The notes under the pieces are model-generated. The model did no database searches. It was not told the origin of the DNA and saw only the letters and a program-made list of their open reading frames with translations. The position numbers and the translations under genes are program-made. Below are positions 48,561 through 58,694 of a stretch of DNA of 64,000 bases, piece by piece. Within the stretch, counting starts at the first letter, position 1, and each line of letters starts with the position of its first letter. The DNA is from a candidate division WWE3 bacterium (lineage in GTDB: Bacteria; Patescibacteriota; 4484-211; GCA-002791395). Location: NCBI GenBank assembly GCA_013335095.1, contig JAAXWF010000001.1, positions 150,797 through 214,796 on the forward strand. Reading direction: 5' to 3'.

Positions 48561-50458
48561 CAATAAAATTACCAAGACGAATTAGAATCATCAGCATATT
48601 AAGCACAACGCTCGTATTACTGGCATTAATTAGTTCTGCGCGGCCGACACAAGCAAAGGAGTACTCTATTTCGGCAGATCAATTCGATGTTCAAATTAAT
48701 TCAGATAAATCTGTATCGATTCAAGAATACCTTACGTATACCTTTGATGGATCTTTTTCATGGGCCGAGATGTGGATTCCAACTCAAGCCAATCGATTAG
48801 GAAATATTTATAGTACCGAAATTACCGACTTTACCATCAGCGCGGCTGATGGATCACTTGTAACCGTCGATACGGCCGAGCAGCAAAACGATCGATTCTA
48901 TGCCCGATGGAGTTACTCGGCACAAGATGAACAAAAAATATTTGTCATTAACTATACCGTCGAAAATGCTATTCGAAAGTACCCAGATGTAGCCGAATGG
49001 TATTGGCAGCTAATCGGTCCAGACTGGAGTGTTCCCCACAATAATATTGATGTTACTGTGCACCTCCCTCAGCGAGTATCCAGTAAGGACATGATTAGCG
49101 TCTATGGCCATGGTCCACTAAACGGAAATTCAGAGATAATCGATACACAAACAGCTCGGTTTACCGCATCTTCTGTGGCATCGGGGCAATATATGGAAAT
49201 TCGCACAATATTTCCGACCTCGCAGATCATCGGAACAGTCGATGCAAATACCTCAATAACTCAAATTAAAAGTGAAGAGGCCACCTATGTTCAGCAGACG
49301 ATTGATGCAGCCAAACGGCAACAATTTATCAACCTGATGATTTCGCTTTATTTTTTGCTATTCGGCCCATTAGTATTAGTTATTTGGCTGTTCTGGTGGT
49401 ATAAAAAGTGGCAAATATATGGCAAAGAATCAAAATTTGCTGACATACCCGAGTACGTCCACGATATACCATCTTCATTAAGACCATCACAAGTAGAGGT
49501 ATTACTTTCACAAGGATCTAAGCCAACGACCGGAGCATTTACGGCAACTATTTTTGACTTAGCCGAGAGAGGTTTTATAAAAGTCGAAGATCATGTCGAA
49601 CAAGTCACGGGCTTATTATCGACATCACAAAAATATCACACAACCCTAATACTTCAAGAAAATTATCTGTCAATACATAGAGACGAATTGGTTCTCTTTG
49701 AACAGAAACTCATTGAGTTAATCTTTAACGACATAGGATCAGCTCCACCAAACCTATTTGAGCAACTATTTCAAGGAAAAAGAATCGATGATCCGTCACG
49801 ACAGGATAATCGGGTAACGCTCGATGAAATCAAGAAATGGTTAAAAGAGCACCCACAACAATTCCAAACTTGGTTTGAAGACTGGAAAAAGGACGTGGTG
49901 CAGGATACTGAAAAACAGAAGTTTATCGATCCAATGAGTCAACAGTTTTTTATACGGGCATGGGTAATTACTGTCTTGGTGGGGATACTTAGCCCGATGG
50001 TAATTTTTGCAGGTCTAATCTTAAATCGCTACCTAAAGCGCTGGGATCCTACGTGGGCAAAGGAATCGATACAGTGGCAGGGATTCAAGCATTTTCTTGA
50101 CGACTTTGCAAAATTCAAAGACTTACCACCTGAAAGTTATAAATTATGGGATCGATATCTCGTTTTCGGTATTCTTTTTGGCAATGCCCAGAAGATCATA
50201 AAAATGTTACCCGTTATTCTAGCAAATCCCCAAGCGACTCCAGCAACGTGGTACATAATAAATTCTCCAAACATGAATATCGCCTCGATGGCCACCACGG
50301 CCGATTCTATCAATCACTTATCCAATTCGTTAAATGTATTAACATCTGAACTTCAAACGGCATCAACAACAGCCGCTAATTATTCCTCTGGTAGTGGTGG
50401 TGGATTCTCGGGTGGTGGCGGAGGCGGCGGTGGCGGTGGCGGTGGTGGCGCGGGTTAA
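48557..50458 (+). CDS. DUF2207-family membrane protein with a Gly-rich C-terminal tail
   Basis: Signal peptide, extracellular domain, internal TM segments, and a C-terminus SGSGGGFSGGGGGGGGGGGGGAG typical of DUF2207. Start at the Met preceding the signal peptide (the track starts at 48518). Confidence 0.6.
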   Translation: MTIKLPRRIRIISILSTTLVLLALISSARPTQAKEYSISADQFDVQINSDKSVSIQEYLTYTFDGSFSWAEMWIPTQANRLGNIYSTEITDFTISAADGSLVTVDTAEQQNDRFYARWSYSAQDEQKIFVINYTVENAIRKYPDVAEWYWQLIGPDWSVPHNNIDVTVHLPQRVSSKDMISVYGHGPLNGNSEIIDTQTARFTASSVASGQYMEIRTIFPTSQIIGTVDANTSITQIKSEEATYVQQTIDAAKRQQFINLMISLYFLLFGPLVLVIWLFWWYKKWQIYGKESKFADIPEYVHDIPSSLRPSQVEVLLSQGSKPTTGAFTATIFDLAERGFIKVEDHVEQVTGLLSTSQKYHTTLILQENYLSIHRDELVLFEQKLIELIFNDIGSAPPNLFEQLFQGKRIDDPSRQDNRVTLDEIKKWLKEHPQQFQTWFEDWKKDVVQDTEKQKFIDPMSQQFFIRAWVITVLVGILSPMVIFAGLILNRYLKRWDPTWAKESIQWQGFKHFLDDFAKFKDLPPESYKLWDRYLVFGILFGNAQKIIKMLPVILANPQATPATWYIINSPNMNIASMATTADSINHLSNSLNVLTSELQTASTTAANYSSGSGGGFSGGGGGGGGGGGGGAG

Positions 50459-50459
50459 C

Positions 50460-50921
50460 TTATGACTTTTCAGAATAAAAAAAACCGACACCAATAGCAC
50501 AAATAATACCAATAAAAGCCCCCACAATTACATCAATAGGTGAATGCACTAAGAGTAAAACCCGCCCAATCGCGACACATAAAGCAAGAAAAAGCATTAT
50601 CCCTCCAAGCTTATGTCGATCATCCCAGACAGTCGCCGCAAGCGTAAAAGCCCACGCAGCGTGGGCTGAAGGAAAAGAATCATTTATCCCAACAGAGACA
50701 CCGGGCAATAGATTTGTATGAAGGTCCACATAGGGACGAGATACAGGAATTAAAAATTTAATCATATAGACCACCGCAGTTGTTAACATAAACGAAAGTA
50801 GGGATCGCCAAAACACACGTCGATCATGTTGTAATCCGACAAAGGCAACGACAAGAAATTGAATAATAATAAGAACCTCCCCAAAAAGGAGAGCAATATA
50901 ATCCTGAAATGTTAACGTCAT
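50460..50921 (-). CDS. PAP2-family phosphatase
   Basis: PSAHAAWAF and RVLLLVHSPIDV motifs (PAP2 motifs 2 and 3). Confidence 0.75.
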   Translation of the reverse strand: MTLTFQDYIALLFGEVLIIIQFLVVAFVGLQHDRRVFWRSLLSFMLTTAVVYMIKFLIPVSRPYVDLHTNLLPGVSVGINDSFPSAHAAWAFTLAATVWDDRHKLGGIMLFLALCVAIGRVLLLVHSPIDVIVGAFIGIICAIGVGFFYSEKS

Positions 50922-51712
50922 ATAATTAACGTTAACACGACAATAACAGCAAGAACAACCCGATAAATAGCAAACGGCTTAAAAGTCAATTTTGATATCA
51001 ATTTCAAAAAATAATGTATGGTTGCAAGAGCAACAGCCAGTGTTGTTAATGTTGCAATCCCCAGAATATTCCAATTAATAGTTGGATCAGCTAGTACCTC
51101 AGGTAATTGTAATAACCCAGCCCCCATAGATATCGGAACACCAAGCATAAACGAAAAACGAGCGGCTTGTTCACGAGTTAGTCGCCTAATCATGCCAGTA
51201 CTCATGGTAATACCAGACCGAGACGTTCCTGGAATCAGTGCAAATACTTGAGATAAACCGATAATTACTGCATCGCGCCATCCTAGGATAAATATATCGT
51301 GCTTTTTCTTTTTCGTTTCGGTATGTTTGACCTGTGTGTAATTAGCTTCAACCCACCACATTAATCCGGCAACGACAACAAGCATAACCGCAACAACCCA
51401 AGCCGATCTAAAAAAGCTCTCAATGGCATCGCCGAATAATACCCCGACAAGTGCTGCCGGAAGTGCTGCGGCGATCAGTTTCTTTAACGATGAATCGTTT
51501 TTCCAATTACGTACTAAAGATATCCAATCGTCATAAAAATAAATAATAATAGCAGTAGCGCTCGCTAAATGGAGGAATGCATCGACCGCTAAACCTTGAT
51601 CCATTGGTGCAACAAATTTCGCCAACAATAACAGATGCCCTGAAGAAGAGATTGGCAAAAATTCACTAACTCCCTGAACAATTCCGAGAAGCATTGCATA
51701 CCACCATTCCAT
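50918..51712 (-). CDS. uppP: Undecaprenyl-diphosphate phosphatase
   Basis: GIVQGVSEFLPISSSGHL and TSRSGITMSTGM motifs of BacA/UppP. Confidence 0.9.
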   Translation of the reverse strand: MEWWYAMLLGIVQGVSEFLPISSSGHLLLLAKFVAPMDQGLAVDAFLHLASATAIIIYFYDDWISLVRNWKNDSSLKKLIAAALPAALVGVLFGDAIESFFRSAWVVAVMLVVVAGLMWWVEANYTQVKHTETKKKKHDIFILGWRDAVIIGLSQVFALIPGTSRSGITMSTGMIRRLTREQAARFSFMLGVPISMGAGLLQLPEVLADPTINWNILGIATLTTLAVALATIHYFLKLISKLTFKPFAIYRVVLAVIVVLTLII

Positions 51713-51715
51713 AAT

Positions 51716-52996
51716 TTATCCTTTCCGGATCACATCCTTCCCCACATATTCTCTAAGAACTTCTGGCACACAGATCGAACCGTCCTCTTGTTGAAATGCG
51801 TCTATAATAGCGGCGATAGGGCGTGTATTAGTTATAGCTGTTGCCGATATTGTATGAGGATAATCCAATGAACCATCTGTTTTACGATACCTAATATTCA
51901 ATCTTCGAGTATGATATGACGCCAAATCTGAGTTTGAATGAGTTTCCATCCAGGTTTGTTGACTTGGTAACCATACTTCAAGGTCAAATTTACGATGAGT
52001 AGCAAGGCCGACATCTCCGGTGCACATTTCTAGAATATGATACGTCAGACCTAATTCTTGAAGTATTTCTTCTTCTACGGCTAAGGCTTCTTGCATATAC
52101 TCTTGTGACGTTTCTGGAGTGGTGAAATAAATCATCTCGACCTTGTCGAATTGATGAACACGTTTAATTCCTTGCACATCTTTCCCCCAAGAACCCGCCT
52201 CAGAACGAAAACAGGTTGAAACGCCGCCGTACCGGATTGGCAAATCTTTCTCGGATAAGATCTCATCCATGTGGTACGACACCAAGGCTTGTTCCGACGT
52301 ACCCGCCAGGTAATGGCGTTGACCATCCTCCACCTTTTCTCCTTGTTGCAGTTCGTAGATTTGAGATTCCTCGGCAGGGAAGTATCCCGTCCCATACAGA
52401 GGTCGATACTTTAATACAACGGGAGGAATCATTAATTGGAATCCTCGACTAATTAACTTTTTAATCGCAATATTCATCAGGCCCCAGTGCATCAAAGCAG
52501 CCTCATTTTTCAAAAAATAGAATCGAGAACCCGCAACATCCCCACTCTTTTTGGTATCAAATAAATTTAATGACTCACCAATTTCTGCGTGAGATTTAGC
52601 ATCAAATGGAAGTTTGTTTTTTTCGCCAAACAGCTTTATTTCTTTATTACCAATATCATCCGAGCCATCGGGCATTGCAGGATGTGGAAAATTAGGAAAC
52701 CAATCCATATGCCACTGCCATTTTTCACTAACTTCGTCTAACTGAGATTCTAATGACTTTAACTCTTCTTTAATCTTTCTTCCTCCTTCAATCACCGACG
52801 GATCCGGTTGGCCTTTTACATCTGCAATCTTATTCCTTTTAGCTCTTAGGTCATCAACCGTACGAATCAAGGCATTGCGTTTGGTGTCGGTATCTAAAAA
52901 CGCATCGACATCAAACTGATCACCCGCAAGATGACGCCGACGTATGTTTTCTTTTAATGACTCTGGATTGTTACGAATAATGTCTGGATTTAACAT
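51716..52996 (-). CDS. serS: Serine--tRNA ligase
   Basis: N-terminal coiled-coil arm. Class II motifs (FRSEAGSWGKDVQGIKRVHQFDKVE). Confidence 0.95.
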   Translation of the reverse strand: MLNPDIIRNNPESLKENIRRRHLAGDQFDVDAFLDTDTKRNALIRTVDDLRAKRNKIADVKGQPDPSVIEGGRKIKEELKSLESQLDEVSEKWQWHMDWFPNFPHPAMPDGSDDIGNKEIKLFGEKNKLPFDAKSHAEIGESLNLFDTKKSGDVAGSRFYFLKNEAALMHWGLMNIAIKKLISRGFQLMIPPVVLKYRPLYGTGYFPAEESQIYELQQGEKVEDGQRHYLAGTSEQALVSYHMDEILSEKDLPIRYGGVSTCFRSEAGSWGKDVQGIKRVHQFDKVEMIYFTTPETSQEYMQEALAVEEEILQELGLTYHILEMCTGDVGLATHRKFDLEVWLPSQQTWMETHSNSDLASYHTRRLNIRYRKTDGSLDYPHTISATAITNTRPIAAIIDAFQQEDGSICVPEVLREYVGKDVIRKG

Positions 52997-53012
52997 AAAA
53001 CCTCATGGGACG

Positions 53013-53798
53013 TTACACCTGGCTCGAAGAGCCAACTGCCTCAAGAATATATATCTTAATGAACATAAACACAATACCTACCGCAAGTAAGATGCCAAAA
53101 AGAGGAGCCCTGGTAACAATCCACCCGTACCAACTCCCCACAACTGATAAAGCGAGCAGGCCATTCGCAAGATTTATCGCGAATGCACGGAAATAAAAAA
53201 GAAAGCGGTTGAATCCCTTTAGGGCGCTCACCGAATATACTTCTTGTAGCAGTAAATTAACTTCTGGCCAGGATTGAGCCTCGACTACTATACCTAATGC
53301 AAAACTTTCATCAGTCGATTGTAACTGTACGTTTTCGGGATCATAGAATGGAGGCGCGACATAATAGTTTTTAATTGCCCGAACAATATAATTCCCGGGT
53401 TTAACATCAAAGCCATATTGCCCTAATCGATTTGAAAAAGTAGTTTTTAATTTCTTTTTGGTATTCGGATCCAGTAACTCAACTGCAGCAAGTGGAATAA
53501 CTTGGTCCGATCGACTATCCATACAACGCCCCCAAATCGGCCGAACGCGGCGTAGCCGAATCCCCGCTAAAAACTCTCCGATTAAAAATTGTGGCAACTC
53601 CCAGTAGTATTTTAATGGTAATCGGATCTCAACTAATAGTACGGCGAAGCCAAAAGCTAAACCGACAAAGACCAAACGTAGGAGATAATTATTAATAAAA
53701 TTGATAACTTCCGGAGTTTCTTGCAACACCTGGAGCCGATCAAGCCATTGATACAAAACATCCATAGTACATGATAATGATAGCACAGACCGCAGCAA
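53013..53798 (-). CDS. Hypothetical membrane protein
   Basis: ORF with 2-3 TM segments. No recognisable family. Confidence 0.4.
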   Translation of the reverse strand: MLRSVLSLSCTMDVLYQWLDRLQVLQETPEVINFINNYLLRLVFVGLAFGFAVLLVEIRLPLKYYWELPQFLIGEFLAGIRLRRVRPIWGRCMDSRSDQVIPLAAVELLDPNTKKKLKTTFSNRLGQYGFDVKPGNYIVRAIKNYYVAPPFYDPENVQLQSTDESFALGIVVEAQSWPEVNLLLQEVYSVSALKGFNRFLFYFRAFAINLANGLLALSVVGSWYGWIVTRAPLFGILLAVGIVFMFIKIYILEAVGSSSQV

Positions 53799-53851
53799 AT
53801 GCGAACAAAAAGTGTGATTTTCTACCGTCGCTGTAATATAATCACATCAAG

Positions 53852-55372
53852 ATGTCAACATTAGTAGAATTACGGGCTGAACGGCTAAAAAAAATCGAAC
53901 GGATGCGCACAATGGGAATTAACCCGTACCCATCTACTGCCCGAAAAGAGTATACAAACAATCAAATCCGAGCCCAGTTTGAACAGCTCGAAGAAAAAGA
54001 AGTTACGATAGCAGGGCGAATAATGTCTTGGCGAGAGCACGGACAACTTATATTTGCAGATATTCAAGATGAATCTGGTACGCTCCAACTTTATATTCGA
54101 AAAGATGCGATTTCGGAGACAGATCCGGTAAACAATCAATTAGGTTTTGAAGATCTTAATCTGATCGACATTGGTGATTTTGTTGAATGTACCGGTAAAG
54201 TAACTAAAACAAGACGCGGAGAGATTTCCATTCTTGTCACCCTGTTTAGAATACTAACCAAAAGCATTCGTCCTCTACCTGAAAAATGGGATGGATTATC
54301 GGACCAAGAAACTATCTATCGACGACGATATCTGGACCTCACGATGAATACTCAGCGGCGAGAAATGTTTCAACGCAAAGCTAAATTCTGGAAAGTAAAT
54401 CGTGACTTTATGGCTGCAAATGGATTTTTGGAGGTCGAAACACCGATATTGGAACATGTTACCGGAGGCGCTGATGCCCAGCCATTTATTACTCACCATA
54501 ATGCCCTTGATCAAAACTTCTATCTTCGGATATCTCCCGAACTCGCATTAAAAAGATTGATTGGCGGAGGTTTTGAAAAAGTCTTTGTTTTGGGCCCTAA
54601 TTTTCGCAATGAAGGGATTGATGACGAACATCTGCAAGAGTATTACGCAATTGAGTGGTATTGGGCCTATGCAGATTACAAACAAAATATGGACTTAGTG
54701 TCGAGAATGTTCCGCTATATGGCCCAAGAGGTCTGGGGGACAACAAAATTTACCAAAAATAATCTAGCATTTGATTTGGCCGATGAATGGAAAGCAATCG
54801 ATTACGTCGAAATTATCAAAGAGCGGCATGGAATCGATATATTCACTGATTCAGACGATAAAATGAAACAAGCACTAAAACAACACAAGGTCCATCTGGA
54901 TGGAACCGCTACACGTAATCGATTAGTCGATAATCTTTGGAAGGTGATTCGTAAAGAAATAGCTGGTCCAGCATTTCTTATTAATGAACCTAAATTTATG
55001 TCACCACTGGCTAAATCGAAACCAGAGCAACCCGAGCTAACTGAACGTTTCCATGTAATATTGGCAGGAAGCGAGATTGGGAATGGCTATTCGGAATTGA
55101 ACGATCCAATAGACCAGTTTGAACGCTTTCAGGAACAACAAGCCGCGCGGGATGCGGGTGACCAGGAGTCACAGATGATGGATATAGATTATGTAGAGAT
55201 GCTTGAGTACGGTATGCCCCCGTGTTCTGGATATGCACATAGTGAGCGAGCATTTTGGTTTTTGGAAGGAGTGTCGGCACGGGCAGGTATATTGTTCCCT
55301 CAACTCAAACACCATATTTCTGACCAAACAAAAGAGATCTATCAGTTAGATTATTCAACACCAAACAAATGA
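53852..55372 (+). CDS. lysS: Lysine--tRNA ligase (class II)
   Basis: N-terminal OB anticodon-binding domain (GRIMSWREHGQLIFADIQDESGTLQ). Class II motifs 2 and 3 (FRNEGID, GIDR-like). Confidence 0.95.
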   Translation: MSTLVELRAERLKKIERMRTMGINPYPSTARKEYTNNQIRAQFEQLEEKEVTIAGRIMSWREHGQLIFADIQDESGTLQLYIRKDAISETDPVNNQLGFEDLNLIDIGDFVECTGKVTKTRRGEISILVTLFRILTKSIRPLPEKWDGLSDQETIYRRRYLDLTMNTQRREMFQRKAKFWKVNRDFMAANGFLEVETPILEHVTGGADAQPFITHHNALDQNFYLRISPELALKRLIGGGFEKVFVLGPNFRNEGIDDEHLQEYYAIEWYWAYADYKQNMDLVSRMFRYMAQEVWGTTKFTKNNLAFDLADEWKAIDYVEIIKERHGIDIFTDSDDKMKQALKQHKVHLDGTATRNRLVDNLWKVIRKEIAGPAFLINEPKFMSPLAKSKPEQPELTERFHVILAGSEIGNGYSELNDPIDQFERFQEQQAARDAGDQESQMMDIDYVEMLEYGMPPCSGYAHSERAFWFLEGVSARAGILFPQLKHHISDQTKEIYQLDYSTPNK

Positions 55373-55626
55373 ATAACTCCGAACGATTGATTAAAATCCA
55401 CATGATTGATGGAAGCGTATTGTCGACACATATTACCCATGAAGAGTCATTAAAAAAACTCGTCGAACATATACGAGAATGGATGACAAAAGAGGAACCA
55501 TTTATACTCCCCTCGCCTGAAACGGCTGAACACCATGTTCATATTGTTCGCCCCTCAGCTATTACATATATAACAATCGAACAACAAGGTATTGATTTCG
55601 CAATGCTTGAAAAACAAGACTCCTAA
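55369..55626 (+). CDS. Hypothetical small protein (85 aa)
   Basis: ATGA overlap with the lysS stop. No motif. Confidence 0.35.
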   Translation: MNNSERLIKIHMIDGSVLSTHITHEESLKKLVEHIREWMTKEEPFILPSPETAEHHVHIVRPSAITYITIEQQGIDFAMLEKQDS

Positions 55627-55639
55627 AGCGTGGAACTTC

Positions 55640-56113
55640 CTAAGATATAGAAACAATACGATATTCAACAGAACCGGCAGGGACAGAAATTTGAACAATT
55701 TCCCCAACACGTTTACCGATCAACGACTGCCCAAGTGGAGATGCCGCACTAATCTTATTTTGGGTGATATCGACTTCGTGTTCTCCTACAATGGTAAATT
55801 CTTTATGTCCGTCACTAATTTGCAGCTTTACCACCGAACCAAGCTGAACTTCACCAATGGTCTTATCGGGTTGCTCCACGACCATTGCATTTTTTAAGAT
55901 ATGCTCAAGCTCATCTATACGTCCCTGGATTAGTGCCTGTTTATGGCGAGCCGCATGATAGGCTTCATTTTCACGTAGATCACCCATTTGTCGAGCCTCG
56001 TCAATATCACGAATAATTGCAGGTCGATCGACATGTACCAGCTGTTCAAATTCAGCCTTCAACATATCAAATCCAGTTTTAGTTATTGCTATTTGTTGTT
56101 TTTCGATTACCAT
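55640..56113 (-). CDS. greA: Transcription elongation factor GreA
   Basis: N-terminal coiled coil with an acidic tip. C-terminal FKBP-like domain. 157 aa. Confidence 0.9.
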   Translation of the reverse strand: MVIEKQQIAITKTGFDMLKAEFEQLVHVDRPAIIRDIDEARQMGDLRENEAYHAARHKQALIQGRIDELEHILKNAMVVEQPDKTIGEVQLGSVVKLQISDGHKEFTIVGEHEVDITQNKISAASPLGQSLIGKRVGEIVQISVPAGSVEYRIVSIS

Positions 56114-56231
56114 AATATCCCTTAAAACAGTTCCTGTAATATTAAGAAACCTCTAATTAATAAATTGGAAGGTCCACTCAATTAAGTTGTATATTATATG
56201 TACGGCTCGGCCCACCGTCAAGTCACACCCA

Positions 56232-57254
56232 TTACACACTAGCCTTTGCCCGCTGCCATTCACGATAGATGATTAATAAGATAGCCGTTACCGGCACAGC
56301 GATCAATGAGCCCATGACACCAGCGAGCCGGCCTCCAATCAATAATGAAACTATGACAAGAAGAGGATCTAGCCCAACCGCATGTTTCATAACACGAGGT
56401 ACAATAATGTGATTTTCAGATTGTTGAATGAGAATATACAAGCCAGCAACAGTAGCCGCAAGGATTGGTGAATAGGCAAGAGCAATTAATAAAGCGGGAA
56501 ATACCGATATAATAGGTCCGATAATCGGAACAATTTCAAGACAACCAGCGATAATAGCCAGAGGCATTGGGAACGGCATTCCGATCGCAACCAGACCCAA
56601 ATAGGTAATGCCGCCGATAATAAACATCAAGAGTAATTGTCCCCTTAGCCAGGCACCGAGTTTAAAGTCAACCTGCTCAAGAATCGTTCGTAACTCTTTT
56701 TTATCCTGATACGGGATGAATCGCACCAAACTGCGCCTGACAGATTCCCGCTCCATCGTTAGATAAAAAGCAAAAACCATCACCATAATTACATCCAACA
56801 CACGCCCAAATACCCCTAAACTAATACGAATGATACTGGCAGGGGCATTTGTTAAGCCGACCGATAAACTTTGAACAAAATCTCGTAAGTAGGATTGTAA
56901 GGTAGACTCATCGACGTAATGGGTTATTTTAATACTTTCTAAAGATCGCCGAATAAATTCAGGTAGTGCAAATAAGAATGATTGCATCTGAGTTATTAAT
57001 GGCGGTAAAGATATTGCGGTAAAAAATCCAATAATCGAAAATACAAGAAGATAAATACCGAGTATGCCCAAACCTCTCGGTACCCCACGCTTTTCCAAAC
57101 GTATAACCAAAGGACTAACCGAAGCCATGATTATATAGGCGACAAATAATAAGAATAATATGTCATAAATTAAAAATGCTAGAGCAAACAGGATAATAAA
57201 TACGATTAATCGAAACACGAACCGGGTGTTAATCTCGATATGAGCTTGTGCCAT
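56232..57254 (-). CDS. AI-2E family transporter (PerM/UPF0118)
   Basis: Eight-TM protein with family-typical TM1-TM2 spacing and a conserved GL..IP region. Confidence 0.85.
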   Translation of the reverse strand: MAQAHIEINTRFVFRLIVFIILFALAFLIYDILFLLFVAYIIMASVSPLVIRLEKRGVPRGLGILGIYLLVFSIIGFFTAISLPPLITQMQSFLFALPEFIRRSLESIKITHYVDESTLQSYLRDFVQSLSVGLTNAPASIIRISLGVFGRVLDVIMVMVFAFYLTMERESVRRSLVRFIPYQDKKELRTILEQVDFKLGAWLRGQLLLMFIIGGITYLGLVAIGMPFPMPLAIIAGCLEIVPIIGPIISVFPALLIALAYSPILAATVAGLYILIQQSENHIIVPRVMKHAVGLDPLLVIVSLLIGGRLAGVMGSLIAVPVTAILLIIYREWQRAKASV

Positions 57255-57280
57255 ATTTGTAATTGTACACTAATCAATAA

Positions 57281-58264
57281 TTATCGTAAGGTAGGGATAT
57301 TATCGTAAATACATTTAAATACTTCGTCATGATAAGTAGCAGAACTAACATCAAACCAATTAATTATTGACCGACGCTTGAACCACGTTAATTGCCTTCG
57401 AATATACTGATGCATTTGGCCCTTTATTATGTCGATTACTTGGGCTTGATTTATTTGACTTAACATATACTGAAAATAGGGTTGATAAATCATACTTTTT
57501 AGTAATGTAACAGTACCATTGAGCGAACGTAAGTATGTAACTTCATCTTTTAGATGCCGGCTTAATAGTAAAGAATCAACCCATGTATCTGCACGTGAAT
57601 AAAGATAATCTCGAGAGGCCGTTAATCCGACATATAAAACATTTAACATACCGATATCGATCTGATATTTGAGAGGCGACCAGCTGGTCGCATTTTCAAT
57701 CGAACCCGCTTTAGTAATCATTTCAAGATATCTAATTAAACGGGTTTTATTATTTTTTTCTGAATTACTCATCAAAGAAAAGGTTCTAGGATCACATTCT
57801 GCCAATCGTTGTTGCAAAGTATTTAATGATTGGCTACTGACCGAGCTCCTAAAAGATTGATCGGGTTCGACCCGGCTAATCGGAGATATGCCGACGAAAG
57901 AATCAATGTAAAATCCGGTACCGCCCACAATCACGGGTAATCCGCCCCTATTCCATATTCTCTCTAAATGATTTAGAGAATCCTCGATAAATCGAGAGAC
58001 ATCATATGTTTGATTTGCCGCAATCACATCATAGTTATTGATCCGAACTCCCTCTTGAACCCAATGCCCGGTCTCTTTTTGAACGCTTTCGTTTTTTTTG
58101 AATGATAATTTATTGGTACCATAATCAACCCCTTGATAGACCTGACGAGAATCAGCAGAGATTATCTCACCTTTGACTTGATGTAACAAATTTATCGCAA
58201 GTTGTGTTTTTCCGGTACCGGTCGGTCCGCAAATTACCAGAACATTCCGTTTATTTATACTCAC
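57281..58264 (-). CDS. miaA: tRNA dimethylallyltransferase
   Basis: P-loop VLVICGPTGTGKT followed by ISADSRQVYQG. Start probably GTG at 58264 (the track ATG at 58297 lies inside the hup terminator hairpin). Confidence 0.85.
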   Translation of the reverse strand: MSINKRNVLVICGPTGTGKTQLAINLLHQVKGEIISADSRQVYQGVDYGTNKLSFKKNESVQKETGHWVQEGVRINNYDVIAANQTYDVSRFIEDSLNHLERIWNRGGLPVIVGGTGFYIDSFVGISPISRVEPDQSFRSSVSSQSLNTLQQRLAECDPRTFSLMSNSEKNNKTRLIRYLEMITKAGSIENATSWSPLKYQIDIGMLNVLYVGLTASRDYLYSRADTWVDSLLLSRHLKDEVTYLRSLNGTVTLLKSMIYQPYFQYMLSQINQAQVIDIIKGQMHQYIRRQLTWFKRRSIINWFDVSSATYHDEVFKCIYDNIPTLR

Positions 58265-58265
58265 A

Positions 58266-58292
58266 GAAAAGCCCCCTATATGGGGGCTTTTC
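58266..58292 (-). terminator. Rho-independent terminator downstream of hup
   Basis: AAAAGCCCCC-TATA-GGGGGCTTTT perfect hairpin with flanking T-run, 29 nt after the hup stop. Confidence 0.65.
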
Positions 58293-58320
58293 TGCAAGCG
58301 TAAATGCTCTAAATAAAACC

Positions 58321-58593
58321 TTACTTTACTGCATCTTTCAGAGCTGAGCCAGCGCGAAAAGCTGGAGTCTTTTGCTCAGGAATATGGATAGGTTCTCCAG
58401 TTTGTGGGTTACGTCCCATTCGAGCTGCACGTCGGCGAACTAAAAAGGTACCAAAACCTGTTAACGTTACTTTTCCACCTTGAGAAAGTTGCTCAGAAAT
58501 AATATCGAGTAAAGCATTCAATGCGTCATCAGCTGCTCGCTTAGTCAAGTCTGCACGTTCAGCTAATTCTTGGATTAAATCTGTTTTCGTCAC
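58321..58593 (-). CDS. hup: DNA-binding protein HU
   Basis: MTKTDLIQELAE...GFGTF...RNPQTGE...AFRAG. 90 aa. Confidence 0.9.
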   Translation of the reverse strand: MTKTDLIQELAERADLTKRAADDALNALLDIISEQLSQGGKVTLTGFGTFLVRRRAARMGRNPQTGEPIHIPEQKTPAFRAGSALKDAVK

Positions 58594-58694
58594 GATACAT
58601 TCACCTCCCTTCAGTAATAATGAAATTACGAATACACATTTAAAAAACTTGATACATCAACCCATTCCGAGGGTATCACCGATTGCCTTTCATG

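Noticed and set aside
50395-50458. GGT/GGC repeat tract that looks like a microsatellite.
   Set aside because: It encodes the poly-Gly C-terminus that is characteristic of DUF2207 proteins. It is coding, although possibly length-variable.
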